A DNA stretch of 63,821 nucleotides, the filler included, from Collodictyon triciliatum (taxonomy: Eukaryota): NCBI GenBank assembly GCA_043381765.1. It is 10 parts of 10 records of this genome, joined end to end, with 100 filler letters (N's around TTAATTAATTAA, not from the genome) between each part and the next. Parts side by side here need not be neighbours in the genome. Positions count along the whole stretch, not along the records: positions 25,594 to 31,883 come from JBHJMP010004570.1; positions 31,984 to 38,276 come from JBHJMP010004571.1; positions 38,377 to 44,664 come from JBHJMP010004574.1; 7 more parts are not named here. One strand, written 5' to 3'. Shown piece by piece: positions 25,594-41,721 of the stretch. A program made the position numbers and the translations under genes. A model generated the notes under the pieces. It was not told where the DNA came from. It saw only the letters and a list, made by a program, of their open reading frames with translations, and did not search any database. Within the stretch, counting starts at the first letter, position 1. Every line of letters begins with the position of its first letter.

Positions 25594-28500
25594 ACTGAAA
25601 CCCAACCTGAAACCCACGCTGAAACTCATGCTGAAACTCATGCTGAAACTCATGCTGAAACCCATGCTGAAACCCATGCTGAAACCCATGCTGAAACTCA
25701 ACCTGAAACCCACGCTGAAGCTCAACCTGAAGCTCAACCTGAAACCCACGCTGAAACTCATGCTGAAACCCATGCTGAAACCCATGCTGAAACCCATGCT
25801 GAAACCCATGCTGAAACCCATGCTGAGACCCATGCTGAGACCCACGCTGAAGTAAAGGCTGAGACTCATGCTGAAACCCACGCTGAAGAAAATGTTGAAA
25901 CCCATGCTGAGACCCATGCTGAAACCCATGCTGAAACCCATGCTGAAACCCATGCTGAAACCCATGCTGAAACCCATGCTGAGACCCATGCTGAGACCCA
26001 CGCTGAAACCCACGCTGAAACCCACGCTGAAACTCATACTGAGACCCATGCTGAAACTCATGCTGAAGAAAAGGTTCAAGCCCATGCTGAAACTCATACT
26101 GAAACCCACGCTGAAACCCATGCTGAAACCCACGCTGAAAACCAACCTGAAACTCATGCTGAAACCCACGCTGAAACGCAACCTGAAACCCATTCTGAAA
26201 CCCATGCTGAAGCTCAACCTGAAACCCACGCTGAGACCCGTGCTGAAACCCATACTGAAACTCACGCTGAAACCCATGCTGAAACCCGCGGTGAAGCCCA
26301 TGCTGAAACCCGCGGTGAAGCCCACGCTGAAACTCATGCTGAAACTCATACTGAAACTCAACCTGAAACCCATGCTGAGACTCACGCTGAAACCCATGCT
26401 GAAACCCACGCTGAGACCCATGCTGAAACCCATGCTGAAACGCAACCTGAAACCCATTCTGAAACCCATGCTGAAACTCACGTTGAAACTCATGCTGAAA
26501 CCCACGCTGAAGCTCATACTGAAGAAAAGGTTGAGACCCATACTGAGACCCATGCTGAAACTCAGGCTGAAACCCACGCTGAAACACATGCTGAAACTCA
26601 CGCTGAAGCTCAACCTGAAACCCACGCTGAAGAGAAGGTTGAAACCCACGCTGAGACTCAACCTGAGACTCAACCTGAAACTCACGCTGAAACCCGCGGT
26701 GAAACCCATGCTGAAACCCATGCTGAAACCCATGCTGAAACCCACACGGAAACCCGCGGTGAAACCCATGCTGAAACCCATGCTGAAAACCAACCTGAAA
26801 CTCAACCTGAAACCCACGCTGAAACTCAACCCGAAACTCATGCTGAAACTCATACTGAAGAGAAGGTTGAAACCCATGCTGAAACCCACGCTGAAACTCA
26901 TGTTGAGACCCATACTGAGACCCAACCTGAAACTCACGCTGAAGCCCGCGGTGAAACCCATGCTGAAACCCATGCTAAAGCTCAACCTGAGAGCCATGCT
27001 GAAACCCACGCTGAAACTCATGCTGAAACTCATGCTGAAACTCATGTTGAAACCCACGCTGAAACCCAACCTGAAGAAAAGGTTCAAGCTCAACCCGAAA
27101 GTCCCGCTGAAGAAAAGGTTGAAGCCCATGCTGAAACTCATGCTGAAACTCATGCTGAAACTCATGCTGAAACCCACGCTGAGACCCACGCTGAAACTCA
27201 TGCTGAAACCCACACTGAGACCCACGCTGAGACCCACGCTGAAACCCAACCTGAAGAAAAGGTTCAAGCTCAACCCGAAACTCCCGCTGAAACTCATGCT
27301 GAAACTCATGCTGAAACTCATACTGAAACCCATGCTGAAACTCATGCTGAAACCCACGCTGAGACCCAACCTGAAGAGAAGATTGAAACCCACGCTGAGA
27401 CTCAACCCGAAACTCATGCTGAAACCCATGCTGAAACTCATGCTGAAATCCATGCTGAAACTCATACTGAAGAGAAGGTTGAAACCCATGCTGAAATCCA
27501 TGCTGAAACCCATGCTGAAACCCATGCTGAAACCCATGCTGAAATCCATGCTGAAACCCATGCTGAAACCCATGCTGAAACCCATACTGAAACCCATACT
27601 GAAACCCATACTGAAACCCATACTGAAACCCATACTGAAACCCATACTGAAACCCATAGTGAAGAGAAGGTTCAAGCTCAACCTGAAACGCAACCTGAAA
27701 CGCAACCTGAAACGCAACCTGAAACGCAACCTGAAACGCAACCTGAAACGCAACCTGAAACGCAACCTGAAACGCAACCTGAAACCCATGCTGAAACTCA
27801 TGCTGAAGAGAAGGTTGAGAGCCATGCTGAAACCCACGCTGAAACCCATGCTGAAGAAAAGGTTGAAACTCATGCTGAGACCCACGCTGAAACCCAACCT
27901 GAAGAAAAGGTTCAAGCTCAACCCGAAACTCCCGCTGAAGAAAAGGTTGAAGCCCATGCTGAAACTCATGCTGAAACTCATGCTGAAACCCACGCTGAGA
28001 CCCACGCTGAAACTCATGCTGAGACCCACACTGAGACCCACACTGAGACCCACACTGAGACCCACACTGAGACCCACACTGAGACCCACGCTGAAACCCA
28101 ACCTGAAGAAAAGGTTCAAGCTCAACCCGAAACTCATGCTGAAACTCATGCTGAAACCCATGCTGAAACCCATGCTGAAACCCAACCTGAAGAGAAGATT
28201 GAAACCCACGCTGAGACTCAACCCGAAACTCATGCTGAAACCCATGCTGAACCCCATGCTGAAACCCATGCTGAACCCCATGCTGAACCCCATGCTGAAC
28301 CCCATGCTGAAACCCATGCTGAAACTCATACTGAAGAGATGGTTGAAACCCATGCTGAAATCCATGCTGAAATCCATGCTGAAACCCATGCTGAAACCCA
28401 TACTGAAACCCATACTGAAACCCATACTGAAACCCATACTGAAACCCATACTGAAACCCATACTGAAACCCATAGTGAAGAGAAGGTTCAAGCTCAACCT

Positions 28501-30228
28501 GAAACGCAACCTGAAACGCAACCTGAAACCCATGCTGAAACTCATGCTGAAGAAAAGGTTGAAACCCACGCTGACACCCATGCTGAAACCCACGCTGAAG
28601 AGAAGGTTGAAACTCACGCTGAAACCCATGCTGAAGAAAAGGTTGAAACCCACGCCGAAACCCATGCTGAAACTCACGCCGAAACCCACGCTGAAACCCA
28701 TGCTGAAACCCACGCTGAAGAGAAGGTTGAGACCCACGCTGAGACCCACGTTGAAAAGAAGATTGAAACTCATGCTGAAATTCATGCTGAAATTCATACT
28801 GAAACCCATGCTGAGGCTCATGCTGAAACCCATGCTGAAACCCATGCTGAAACTCACGCTGAAACCCACGCTGAGACTCTACCTGAAACCCAAGCTGAAA
28901 CTCACGCTGAAACCCACGCTGAAACCCACGCTGAAACCCACGCTGAAACTCAACCTGAAACCCACGCTGAAACCCATGTTGAAACTCATGCTGAAACCTA
29001 TGCCGAAACCCATGCTGAACCCCATGCTGAAGCTCATACTGAAGAAAAGGTTGAAACTCAACCTGAAACCCAAGCTGAAACTCACGCTGAAACCCACTCT
29101 GAGACTCAACCTGAAACTCATGCTGAAACCCACGCTGAAGCTCATACTGAAACCCACGCTGAAACTCAACCTGAAACTCAACCTGAAACCCACGCTGAAA
29201 CCCATGTTGAAACTCACGCTGAAGAAAAGGCTGAACCCCATGCTGAGACCCATGCTGAAACTCATGCTGAAACTCACGCTGAAACTCACGCTGAAACCCA
29301 CGCTGAAACCCACGCTGAAACTCATGCTGAAACCCATGCTGAAACCCATGCTGAAACCCAACCCGAAACCCATGCTGAAACCCAACCCGAAACCCATGCT
29401 GAAACCCATGGTGAAGAAAAGGTTGAGACCCACGCTGAAACCCACGCTGAAACCCATGCTGAAACCCATGCCGAGATTCATGCTGAAACCCACGCTGAAA
29501 TTCAACCTGAAACTCACGCTGAGACCCACGCTGAAACTCATACTGAAACCCACGCTGAAGAAAAGGTTGAGACCCATGCCGAAACCCATGCTGAAACCCA
29601 TGCTGAAGAAAAGGTTGAAACTCATGCTGAAGAAAAGGTTGAAACTCATGCTGAAACCCACGCTGAGACCCATGCTGAGGCTCATGCTGAAACCCATGCT
29701 GAGGCTCATGCTGAAACCCATGGTGAAACCCACACTGAAGCTCATGCTGAAACCCATGCTGAAACCCATGCTGAAACTCATACTGAAGCTCATGCAGAAG
29801 AGAAGGTTGAAACCCACGCTGAAACCCACGCTGAAACCCACGCTGAAGAAAAGGTTGAGGGCCATGCTGAAGAAAAGGTTGAAACCCATGCTGAAACCCA
29901 TGCTGAGACTCCTGCTGAAACCCACGCTGAAACCGAACCTGAAACCCATGCTGAAACCCATGCTGAAACCCATGCTGAAACTCACGCTGAAACTCACGCT
30001 GAAACTCACGCTGAAACTCATGCTGAAGAGAGGGATGAGACCCATGCTGAAACCCAACCTGAAATTCACGTTGAAACTCATGCCAAAACCCATGCTGAAG
30101 AGAAGGTTGAAACTCAGGTTGAAACCCATGCTGAAACCCATGATGAAACTCATGCTGAAGAGAAGGTTGAGAGCCATGCTGAAACTCATGCTGAAGAGAA
30201 GGCTGAAGAGAAGGCTGAAACCCACGCG
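25594..30228 (+). repeat. 12-bp coding minisatellite GAAACCCATGCT, ~385 units with higher-order duplications
   Basis: Direct reading; variant units ETQP, ETHT, EEKV, ETRG, EIHA. Confidence 0.97.
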
Positions 30229-31465
30229 GAGAAGTTTGAAATTCATACAGATGAAAACGCAAGCAGCTTCCAACCGCACGAAGAGGAGCAGCTCATCACA
30301 GATTCACCCATTCCAGCGACTCAGTCGCACTCTCCGTCATACAGTTCAAAGGTCGCACAGCCCCTGGACTTCCACGATGTGCAAGAATCAGACACATATC
30401 AAGACGACCTCTCTGGACGCCGTGATCAACCAAGCACATCACAAACCGTCCAGGTTATGAGTAAAGAATCTGAACCTCGTCAAGTCGTTGACGAGGAAAT
30501 TCATCACCACGAGGCCGCCAGAGCAGATGGGGAGCAAGGCGCCCAATCTCACGCATCGGACAATGAAGTTCAGCAGCTTGAGGCTGAACTTGCCGATCTA
30601 CAGGACGAGCTGAACATTGGGGATGAAGAATTCCTGGGAACTGAAGAACCAAAAGCCGAAAAAGAGACCGAATCAACGCCGCCAAAGCCAGATGAAGGTG
30701 AATCAACCCAGAACGCTATAGTAACAGAGCCCAAGCCTGTGATATCGCCGAAACCTCTAGTGAAGAGGAATTCCAGCAAAAAACTAAGCAGAGCAGTCCG
30801 TCTTTTATTTATTTATTTGTTTATTTGTTTATTTATTTATTTGTTTTTTTTTGATTTTATTTTGTTTGTTTGTTTGTTTGTTTGTTTGTTTGTTTGTTTG
30901 TTTGTTTGTTTGTTTGTTTGTTTGTTTGTTTGTTTGTTTGTTTGTTTTTGCCCTTGATGTATGCACCACGAATCATTTTAGCGTTTAAAAACATTACTCT
31001 TATCATAATAGGGAAGCAACCTATCCACGCATGATGACAGCCTTTTACAAACTGTGAGTATGAAATTAATCTGTCTAATTCTCTAATTATTTCCTCTTTC
31101 CTTTTTTTTTTCCCAAATGCTCTTAAATGCTCTTAAATTTTAAATGGTTTATTTCTGATTAATCTTGATCATCCCTTTATCCAAGCATACATGAATGACC
31201 CTACGCATGTCTAATTTGAATATAATTTTTCCAACACAAGATTGAGGCTGAGATGCATGATCCTCTATTCGACAACGAAATATCTTCAAGGCCAGGGAGT
31301 GCACCTCAGCCACCCAAAGAGGCCTTTACTGAAAACAATGCCCAGAGGCCAAGATCTCGCCCATCCTCCCGAGAAAGTGACCGTCTTGTTTCGCCAAAAA
31401 TGTCAACTACAGCCTTACCAACCATTCCTCAGAAGCAGGTGCATATGCGACAGAAACTTCCCTAA
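25594..31465 (+). CDS. Giant acidic His-rich tetrapeptide-repeat protein (ETHA)n, 5'-partial
   Basis: Frame open from the contig start to ~30796 in the same frame as track ORF 28339-30957. Unit variation is mostly synonymous in this frame (ACC/ACT, CAT/CAC, GAA/GAG, GCT/GCC). It runs into unique acidic sequence and two further GT-AG exons (GSNLSTHDDSLLQT; IEAEMHDPLFDNE...). Confidence 0.8.
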
Positions 31466-31787
31466 ACTTCCCCAACATTCCCCAACATCACACACACAAA
31501 CAATTTTAATAGCCAAGTGAGAAAGGGTCCATTTATATATTTGCTTTTACTATTACAATTTTTTTTTTTGATAATAATAATTGTATGGACTATGCCCAGC
31601 TCGCACACTGACACATGGACTCAATAACTTATTTTTTTTTCTAATATAAAGCCGGAATACACTTCTCCTCATCCGCCCGAGTCCAAAGGTTTTTTTTTTT
31701 TAAAAAAAAGAACCACTAATGATATGATCTGCTCTCTAGTTAGTCGGATAATCACAATTAAGCCTTTATGATTTCGAATATTATTCT

Positions 31788-31883
<96 letters not shown>

Positions 31884-31984
31884 NNNNNNNNNNNNNNNNN
31901 NNNNNNNNNNNNNNNNNNNNNNNNNNNTTAATTAATTAANNNNNNNNNNNNNNNNNNNNNNNNNNNNNNNNNNNNNNNNNNNNT

Positions 31985-32319
31985 AACAACCAGCCACCCA
32001 TTCCTGATAACAGGCTGGATGACATCATACAAATCTCCTTCCTCAATAGCTTCCTTCGCCACCTGCACGTTCTCTACTACTCCGACCCCGTGAGAAGAGA
32101 CATGTGGAAAGAAGCTGATAAAGAGATTCAACCTCGCCTTGCCTCTCTCATGCAAGCACAAGACCCAGGCTACAGGCCAAACCGCAGAATGCAATGCCTG
32201 ATTAACGACTGGTTCTCCGCCACCCGGCCAACAAGTAGCATCCGCGCAAACGATGGCTAGCGAACCAAAGCCAGTATCACCACCATACCGCGCGAAATTG
32301 AATAATAAAAAAAAAAAAA
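31985..32319 (+). mobile_element. Candidate 3' end of a non-LTR retroelement or retrocopy
   Basis: Intronless A/C-rich ORF tail (NNQPPIPDNRLDDIIQISFLNSFLRHLHVLYYSD...NDG*, stop 32258-32260), ~45-bp 3' UTR, then a genomic A13 tract; no RT motif visible. Confidence 0.35.
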
Positions 32320-33188
32320 GAGAGAGGCTCTCTTGCATGCGCGGGTAACATCCCGTCAAACTGAAAGAAAAAAGAATAAATAGAGGACACTTATTGGGTT
32401 GGTAAATAAAATTACACACGTTTTTATGTTGTTTTTGAAAATAGCGCAGGAGCGAAACTATGATAACACTTCACTGGATTAGCTGCATTCACTGATGGGG
32501 CACATTTCTTCCGGGAGTATTGTGCTTGAAAAGGGCTCTCGCTTTACAAGAACAACATTTTACCGCATGAAACACACGGCCATCACCAAAAGTCTTACGT
32601 GTCAGGGAAAGCACTCTCATAAACTTCATAACTGAGTATTACATGGTAATAAAACGTCGTCAGTGCAACGTGCCTCGTGTGATGTGTACTATTTGAATCA
32701 ATGAATCCTTCCTGCTTATAGAGTTTTCTTAGTATAAAAGGAAGTATTTTTTAACACAATTAATTGACTCGCTATAATCAAAGTAAAAAAAAAAGAAGAA
32801 GAAAATCAAGTGCGCATTAGTTGACAAGTAAGCAACATACTTTGTTCGATTCCTCACTTTTCCATTTTTTTTTTTATATTCATCTGGATTGTGAAATGAA
32901 AATAAATAGGGCAGGTATGTTCATCCAGGATAGGATACCTTACATTTGACAGTTTTTTCTTTATTCTCTGTTCCTAACCATTAAAACTATAAACTAATAA
33001 TTACTATAGCCACAAAAATTAATTCAATGTATAAGAGGCTGGATGCAATACTTACCGCAGGTAATACATACAAACACTGTTCTTTCAAGAAAAAAAATTC
33101 CTATGATTACTCGCCAATTCTGTGGCGCTTGTCGATAAAAAAAAATTCCGTTAGTCGCTAAACATATCTGTTATTTTATCGAGGTTAG

Positions 33189-34433
33189 GAGAAAGCTCGA
33201 CGAGAGAGAAGCTGACGCTGAAGCAACAATGCGATATTATATCGGAGCAAGTGAAAGAGATTCACCACTCCGCTATTACATACTCTTTGGATATATCACC
33301 AGGCAAACAAAACTTATCATACTTATCGACATTTTCATGTAGTGTTGAATGATTTTAAAAAAGTGCTTACATTTGGTTCATACCCGGGTAGTCTAAAAAA
33401 CTCGCGGTGGTGTTTCATATTTATTTATTTATTTTTTTTTTTAAAAAAAAAAAACAACAACAACAAATATATTCCTACATTCTAACATCATACCCTCTGA
33501 AAACGATGCCAGAAGAGAAGTTGATTGACTGCATGGGACATAGCGTTATTTTATCGCAAGTGATAGCAGTCCCAGAGCTTCTTGTCTTCTATCTTCCAAA
33601 TCAAGGTTTCACATATGAAAATAATATTCAAAGCACACATGGCTGTAATAGACCACTGCCTTTAATTGCATCAGCCCTTTCTGATTATACACGCGCACTC
33701 GAAGAAATCCGTACTTACAGCCCCCTTGCCAACTATATCGAGACCATTCCCAGGCAGTCGTCAGTTTGGATGCAATAAACGCAATACTCCCGAATGCAGA
33801 TGACAACATACAATTTCTGTGCATCACGAACGAGATACCTGCTTTAATGAGGCATTTGGCTGAGGAAAGGTTTGACAAAACTACATCTGGTATCTGGAGA
33901 TACGATGGCTCGATACTAATTCGTATTATTCTCGGATGTGGCGCTGTATGAGTAGGTTCTGGGGATTCCCGTTATTCAGCATACGAAGAACGCAACTGAC
34001 GGACATTTTGTTTTCCGGAGTTGCCGATGAGGTAAACTCTCTTTTAAAAAAAAAAAACAATAGTATATCCCTCCTCAGCATAATAAAACTAGTGATTTTA
34101 TCTATAACTTTATTTTTGTATTTTCTTTGCGCTCGCCACTATCTTTTGCGAGTATATATGTTAACCATCACCAATCACCATCAATCACCATCAATCACAT
34201 TGAAATGATTCGCCTGGCCCATTCCCATTTATCTATTGTCGATATGGTGAACTGCTCCTCTGTTCGTTACTGGAGCAAATGCTTAATGACATTCATGTGT
34301 AATGGCAGAATACGGCCAGTGTACTTTTGATGAGAAAGACATGCACAGGAATTGCATCAACCGAGCCGATTCCGATGAGCAACGTGGCGTTAGTTCTCTG
34401 CTTCGAGTTTCTCCTGCACAAACCCAACCCTGA
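33189..34433 (+). CDS. Probable multi-exon gene of unknown function
   Basis: Several GC-richer blocks bounded by AG/GT (e.g. ...SLDAINAILPNADDNIQFLCITNEIPALMRHLAEERF; FWGFPLFSIRRTQLTDILFSGVADE); exon phases unresolved. Confidence 0.3.
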
Positions 34434-34990
34434 CCAGGCGCGCGAATGTTGAAAAGTATAATAGTCCACAAAGACGACCAATAAAGGGAACCAAGAGACA
34501 ATAAAATTCTTGTTATAGTTCTTAGAGAGAAGAAAAGAGGGGCTCCATATCTGTGTTTGATAAACAGCTATTTGATTTGCAAAATCTGCCTTCGCTCGAT
34601 ACTGTATGCTTGAAGAGAGTCACTACGGGAATCATCCTTGTAATGGATTCCTACACTTATTTTCTTACAGAAGAAATGAAAATTTCTCGGTAGTAGGTAA
34701 TTGGGTAGAGAAGTTACCTTCACAAAAGAAATGACCCATGATGATGGGAATAAATCGATAGCTCTTTTTTTTTTCTTTCATTTTTTTCATATTTTTTTTT
34801 TATCAAGCGCAATTCATTGGGTTAGGGAAGGAGAGGGAATAAAAGAAAGAAGACAGGAGAAACGAGAAAAGAAAAACGGAGAAACGAGAAACGGAGAAAC
34901 GAGAAACGGAGAAACGGAGAGACGAAAAAGAAAAGAAAACAAGTGAACGCAACACGCAATGATTGTAATTTGTCGATTAGGAGACCTCGC

Positions 34991-37900
34991 TCAATTACTG
35001 CGACTGGAAGAAGTCACACCAAAGATTGAGGATGCGGAACTTGATTCTGGTTCCGTGTGTCCTGGGCTCAAAACTAAATTTTACCAAGTTTCGATTTTAA
35101 CTAGGATTAAACTATTTTAACTTTGAATGTAATAATATATAAAAAAAAAAAAATAAAAAAAAAAAAGGGGGGGGGGGCTTCAATTTTTTCATTTAAATTA
35201 TTAAGATATTTCACTCTTCACAATTTGAGATTCATGATATGATGATTTAACGTAACTCATAAATTAGCGAAAATAGATGAGATGGCTGGACGATGTAAAA
35301 GAAAAATATAAATGAAATGGATTCAATATAGTAGGGATGATAGATTCAGAAAACATACTATCTTTGAACCATCTCCCCAGATCGAGGGGAGCTCTCGGTC
35401 GGGTTAGGAATGGGTGGTTCTAGTAGCATAATAAACATTAATATCGAGAACTGCTTAGGATATGCATCAATTCTGCAAAACAAAATGGCTCCTCTTCTTT
35501 TCTAAATGTGAGTGGAGATATGGAATTATAGAACGGAACACGAGAAAGGAGTAAGGAAAGGAAACCAGTAAGTTGGGAACAGAAGCACGATTCTTTGGTT
35601 CTTTTTGTATGCTAATATATAGTTTTTTTTTTCCCCTTTAGTATGCTAATATATAGTTAATACTTCAATATACCTTTGGAAATTGTAATAGTTATTGGTA
35701 TCATGTGTAGTTTGATTTTGCAAAATGACTATGTAACACATCCATCAAAATATGTAAACTTTTAAGCATGAGTTAAAAAAAAGTGTACAAAAATTACCAA
35801 ATTCCGATAAAGTCTCGAGCATCGTTACTGTACTCCGGGCCCGGTTGTGGCACATCACTCTCCACTATCAAATCTAGAATCTCATAAAAGCCCGTTCTTC
35901 CCTAAAAGATATGCACATGGATTTTGTTAACAAGGAGACGCGAGAATAAGTTCTTCGCACTCTCTCTTTGAATGCAAGATAGAGTCCAAGGCATAGAATG
36001 TATGCATACTTTGATAATTAAACAATAATCTTGAATATTGAGACAGGAAGATGATGAATCACATACGGATACAAGATAAGGAAACTTCCCATCTATACAT
36101 TCCATCAGAGAGAGTCCGAAGCTCCAAATATCAGAATCATAAGAGTAATAGGAACCATTTAAGCGTTCAGGCTACACATGATAAGCCGTTAGCTTCACAT
36201 CGCAGCGAAATTAAATCATAAGGTGGTATGTAGGGGAAAAGGAATTATAATCTATTAATTAATGAAAATTAAGTAGCAAGTAATATATTACGCTCATGTA
36301 AATGACAGTCCCAACAAAGGACTCGAGACGAGATTTTGTGTTCATTGTTCCGCTCACACTAAAATCAGATATTTTAACGTTCCCTTTGAAATTGACCAAG
36401 ATATTTGATGGCTTGATGTCTCGATGAATCAACTTGGAAGTTTTATGGAGATAGAATAATCCGTTCAAAATCTGCAATTTTGGCCATCTTTGTTAAAATT
36501 ATGAAAAACGATAACATAGCAAGAACATTTGGGGCATGTTTTGTTTATCATTTTTAATGTATTTCATATGATATCGAATTATGCAACTCAGTATACTTGG
36601 GGAGCTATGAAAGTTATAACGTCCTCCGGTATTCTTGTGCGTTTCATGATATCCGCCAGCGTTCCGTCCATGTATTCCAATATCATATGAACCGAAGCAT
36701 CCAGATAGAAGGCAGCAAAAATTGCAACAACATGGGGACTGTTGCAATCCAGCAGAGCCTTCACTTCAACAGATATTTGTTTTTGGATTTCTTCGCTATT
36801 CTCTACAGTAGTTACCTGTGTTTCCAGAAAGGGAGGTTAAAAAAAAAAAAGGTAGACGAAGACGAAATTTTAATAAATACACACAGACAACTGGTATGCT
36901 AGATTCATTTTAAGTATTCATTTATTCATCTTTTCTAACAGGAAATCACAAATTGCCGCAGTAACCTTAACAGCATAAATTGCCTTTGTGCTCTTGTGGC
37001 GAGCCTTGTAAACTGCTCCACTGCTTCCCTTTCCAATAAGAAGTCTATCTTCGAGGTCGGTCAGAGCAATCATGGAGCCACTCTTTGGTACCTGCATTTC
37101 AATGAATCACGCAATTTTTCATGTATTAATAAAATTGCATTTTCACCCACTAAACATATTTAAACGAAAGGGAATTTGGAAATGTAATAAAAAAATTTAT
37201 GCCAACCGATTGAGACGCGCTGTGGAAGAAAAAAAATATGTTCCCGATATACGTAAATGAGTCATGCAATCAATAAATCATAGTTTAAAATTATAAATTC
37301 AAAAGCACTCAAACATGTATGTAACAGATTCTGCAGAATGTACTATACAATTACAGTTTTAAGCTACCTGAACACTTCGGCCAACTTTCCACTCGGGAGG
37401 TTACCTTGAATATCTTGCGAACTACCCATACTTTACATACAATGTGGATGCGTAAAAAATTGTACATGATGATTTTAATTGCGTTTGATAAAAAAAAAAA
37501 ACAAGATAAGCCAAGGAGAAGTATTTGCAAATTATACCAAGGGTTTCACAAGAAAACTGAAATGAAAAAAAAAATAATTTGTAAATCAGCAAGCTTCGTT
37601 GTTGTACAAAGAGGCACGATCAAGAAAAAGGGACAAGTAATGAAGGAAAACAAAGGCACTGACGGTGGGGAATCCGTATCTGAGTTTCTTGAGGCTATGT
37701 CAATTCGAAGACTAGGCGCACCCTTTTTAAGTCTATTTCCCCATAGAACATATGTATTTTTTTTAAAAGATAAATTCAAGGACCTTCAAGAAAATATTTA
37801 CATAGACCGACGTCGGTAAAAACTGTTGCTGGCTGTATATTTATTTGCTTGCTTGTTTGTTTGTTTGTTTGTTTGTTTGTTTGTTTGTTTGTTTGTTTGT

Positions 37901-38052
37901 TTGTTTGTTTGTTTGTGTTTTTGTTTGTTTGTTTGTTTGTTTGTGTTTTTGTTTGTTTGTTTGTTTGTTTGTTTGTTTGTTTGTTTGTTGGTTGGTTTGT
38001 TTTTAAAAAAATAAATAGGAAGAGAGGAAAATAAGACTTACTCAGGTTTCAT
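34991..38052 (-). CDS. MAP kinase kinase (STE7/MEK family)
   Basis: N-terminal D-site [29 protein letters not shown]...[81 protein letters not shown]. Confidence 0.93.
35607..35658 (-). mobile_element. Micro-retroinsertion copy 7 (16-bp insert, perfect 18-bp TSD) at a MAP2K intron/exon boundary
   Basis: GTATGCTAATATATAGTT / TTTTTTTTCCCCTTTA / GTATGCTAATATATAGTT. Confidence 0.8.
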
Positions 38053-38669
38053 GAAGATTAACTTAAGGCGAATGTTAACTTATGCTCAAAGGATGCTGCA
38101 GAAAGTACCTATTATCAAGAAAGAGTACGAGCTCAATCAAATAAGAAAAGTGTCGATGTTGACTTGACCCTTTTCTTGATCCAGAGAGCGTTACGGTGTT
38201 TTCTTCTCCGCCTTGTGTCCTCATTCTTGTTTTTATTTTTATTTTACTGTATTGTTTTTATTGTTTTTTTTTGTTTNNNNNNNNNNNNNNNNNNNNNNNN
38301 NNNNNNNNNNNNNNNNNNNNTTAATTAATTAANNNNNNNNNNNNNNNNNNNNNNNNNNNNNNNNNNNNNNNNNNNNTATTTTCTTCTTTATTTTCTTCTT
38401 TATTTTCTTCTTTATTTTCTTCTTTATTTTCTTCTTTATTTTCTTCTTTATTTTCTTCTTTATTTTCTTCTTTATTTTCTTCTTTATTTTCTTCTTTTCT
38501 TTTGAATGAATTTATCCTCTTCCATGATCAGAATGGGTCCATCCTAACTTTCCCGCCCATATTTCCATGTATTCTTCGTTCGAGAATCGTTTGTTTCTTA
38601 ACTTACGGAACTCCATGCTAACATCCCCACACTAACACATTTACCATTGTTCCACCCATCCATGAGCAG

Positions 38670-41348
<2,679 letters not shown>

Positions 41349-41721
41349 GAGAAAAGACACATCCACCACAGACATAAACTGGACGACCTCTCGATAGGCG
41401 CTTGCGTCTATTGGGATAACACCGCGTATCATTGTTTACTTTGAACCGTGTTTCCCTCTGAGTAATGAAAGGTTTAAAAAGAAAGGGAAAGAGAAAGAAA
41501 AAGAAAAAAAAAAGACTCGCATGTTGTACAGATCTGATTGTGCGTTACTATTGATATGATTATGGCTCCCTGTTTCAAAGCACCGGGTCTGAAATCACCG
41601 CAAGGAAGGGTGTTGTCTTCGCCCAGCGCCGAAAGCCTCTGCTGCCGAACAAAACAAAACAAAAAAAGGAGAAATAACAACAGTAAAAACGACTGAAGAA
41701 GAGCGCAGACCTTGGAGCATC

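Noticed and set aside
25546-30460. 1530-aa (LKPM)n ORF and long minus-strand (MGFS)n/(HGFQ)n ORFs
   Set aside because: Shadow frames of a stop-poor 12-bp repeat; variation is synonymous only in the ETHA frame, which also links to spliced unique exons.
35141-35180. (A)n(G)nCTT motif resembling 49605-49630
   Set aside because: Only two low-complexity instances and no flanking duplication.
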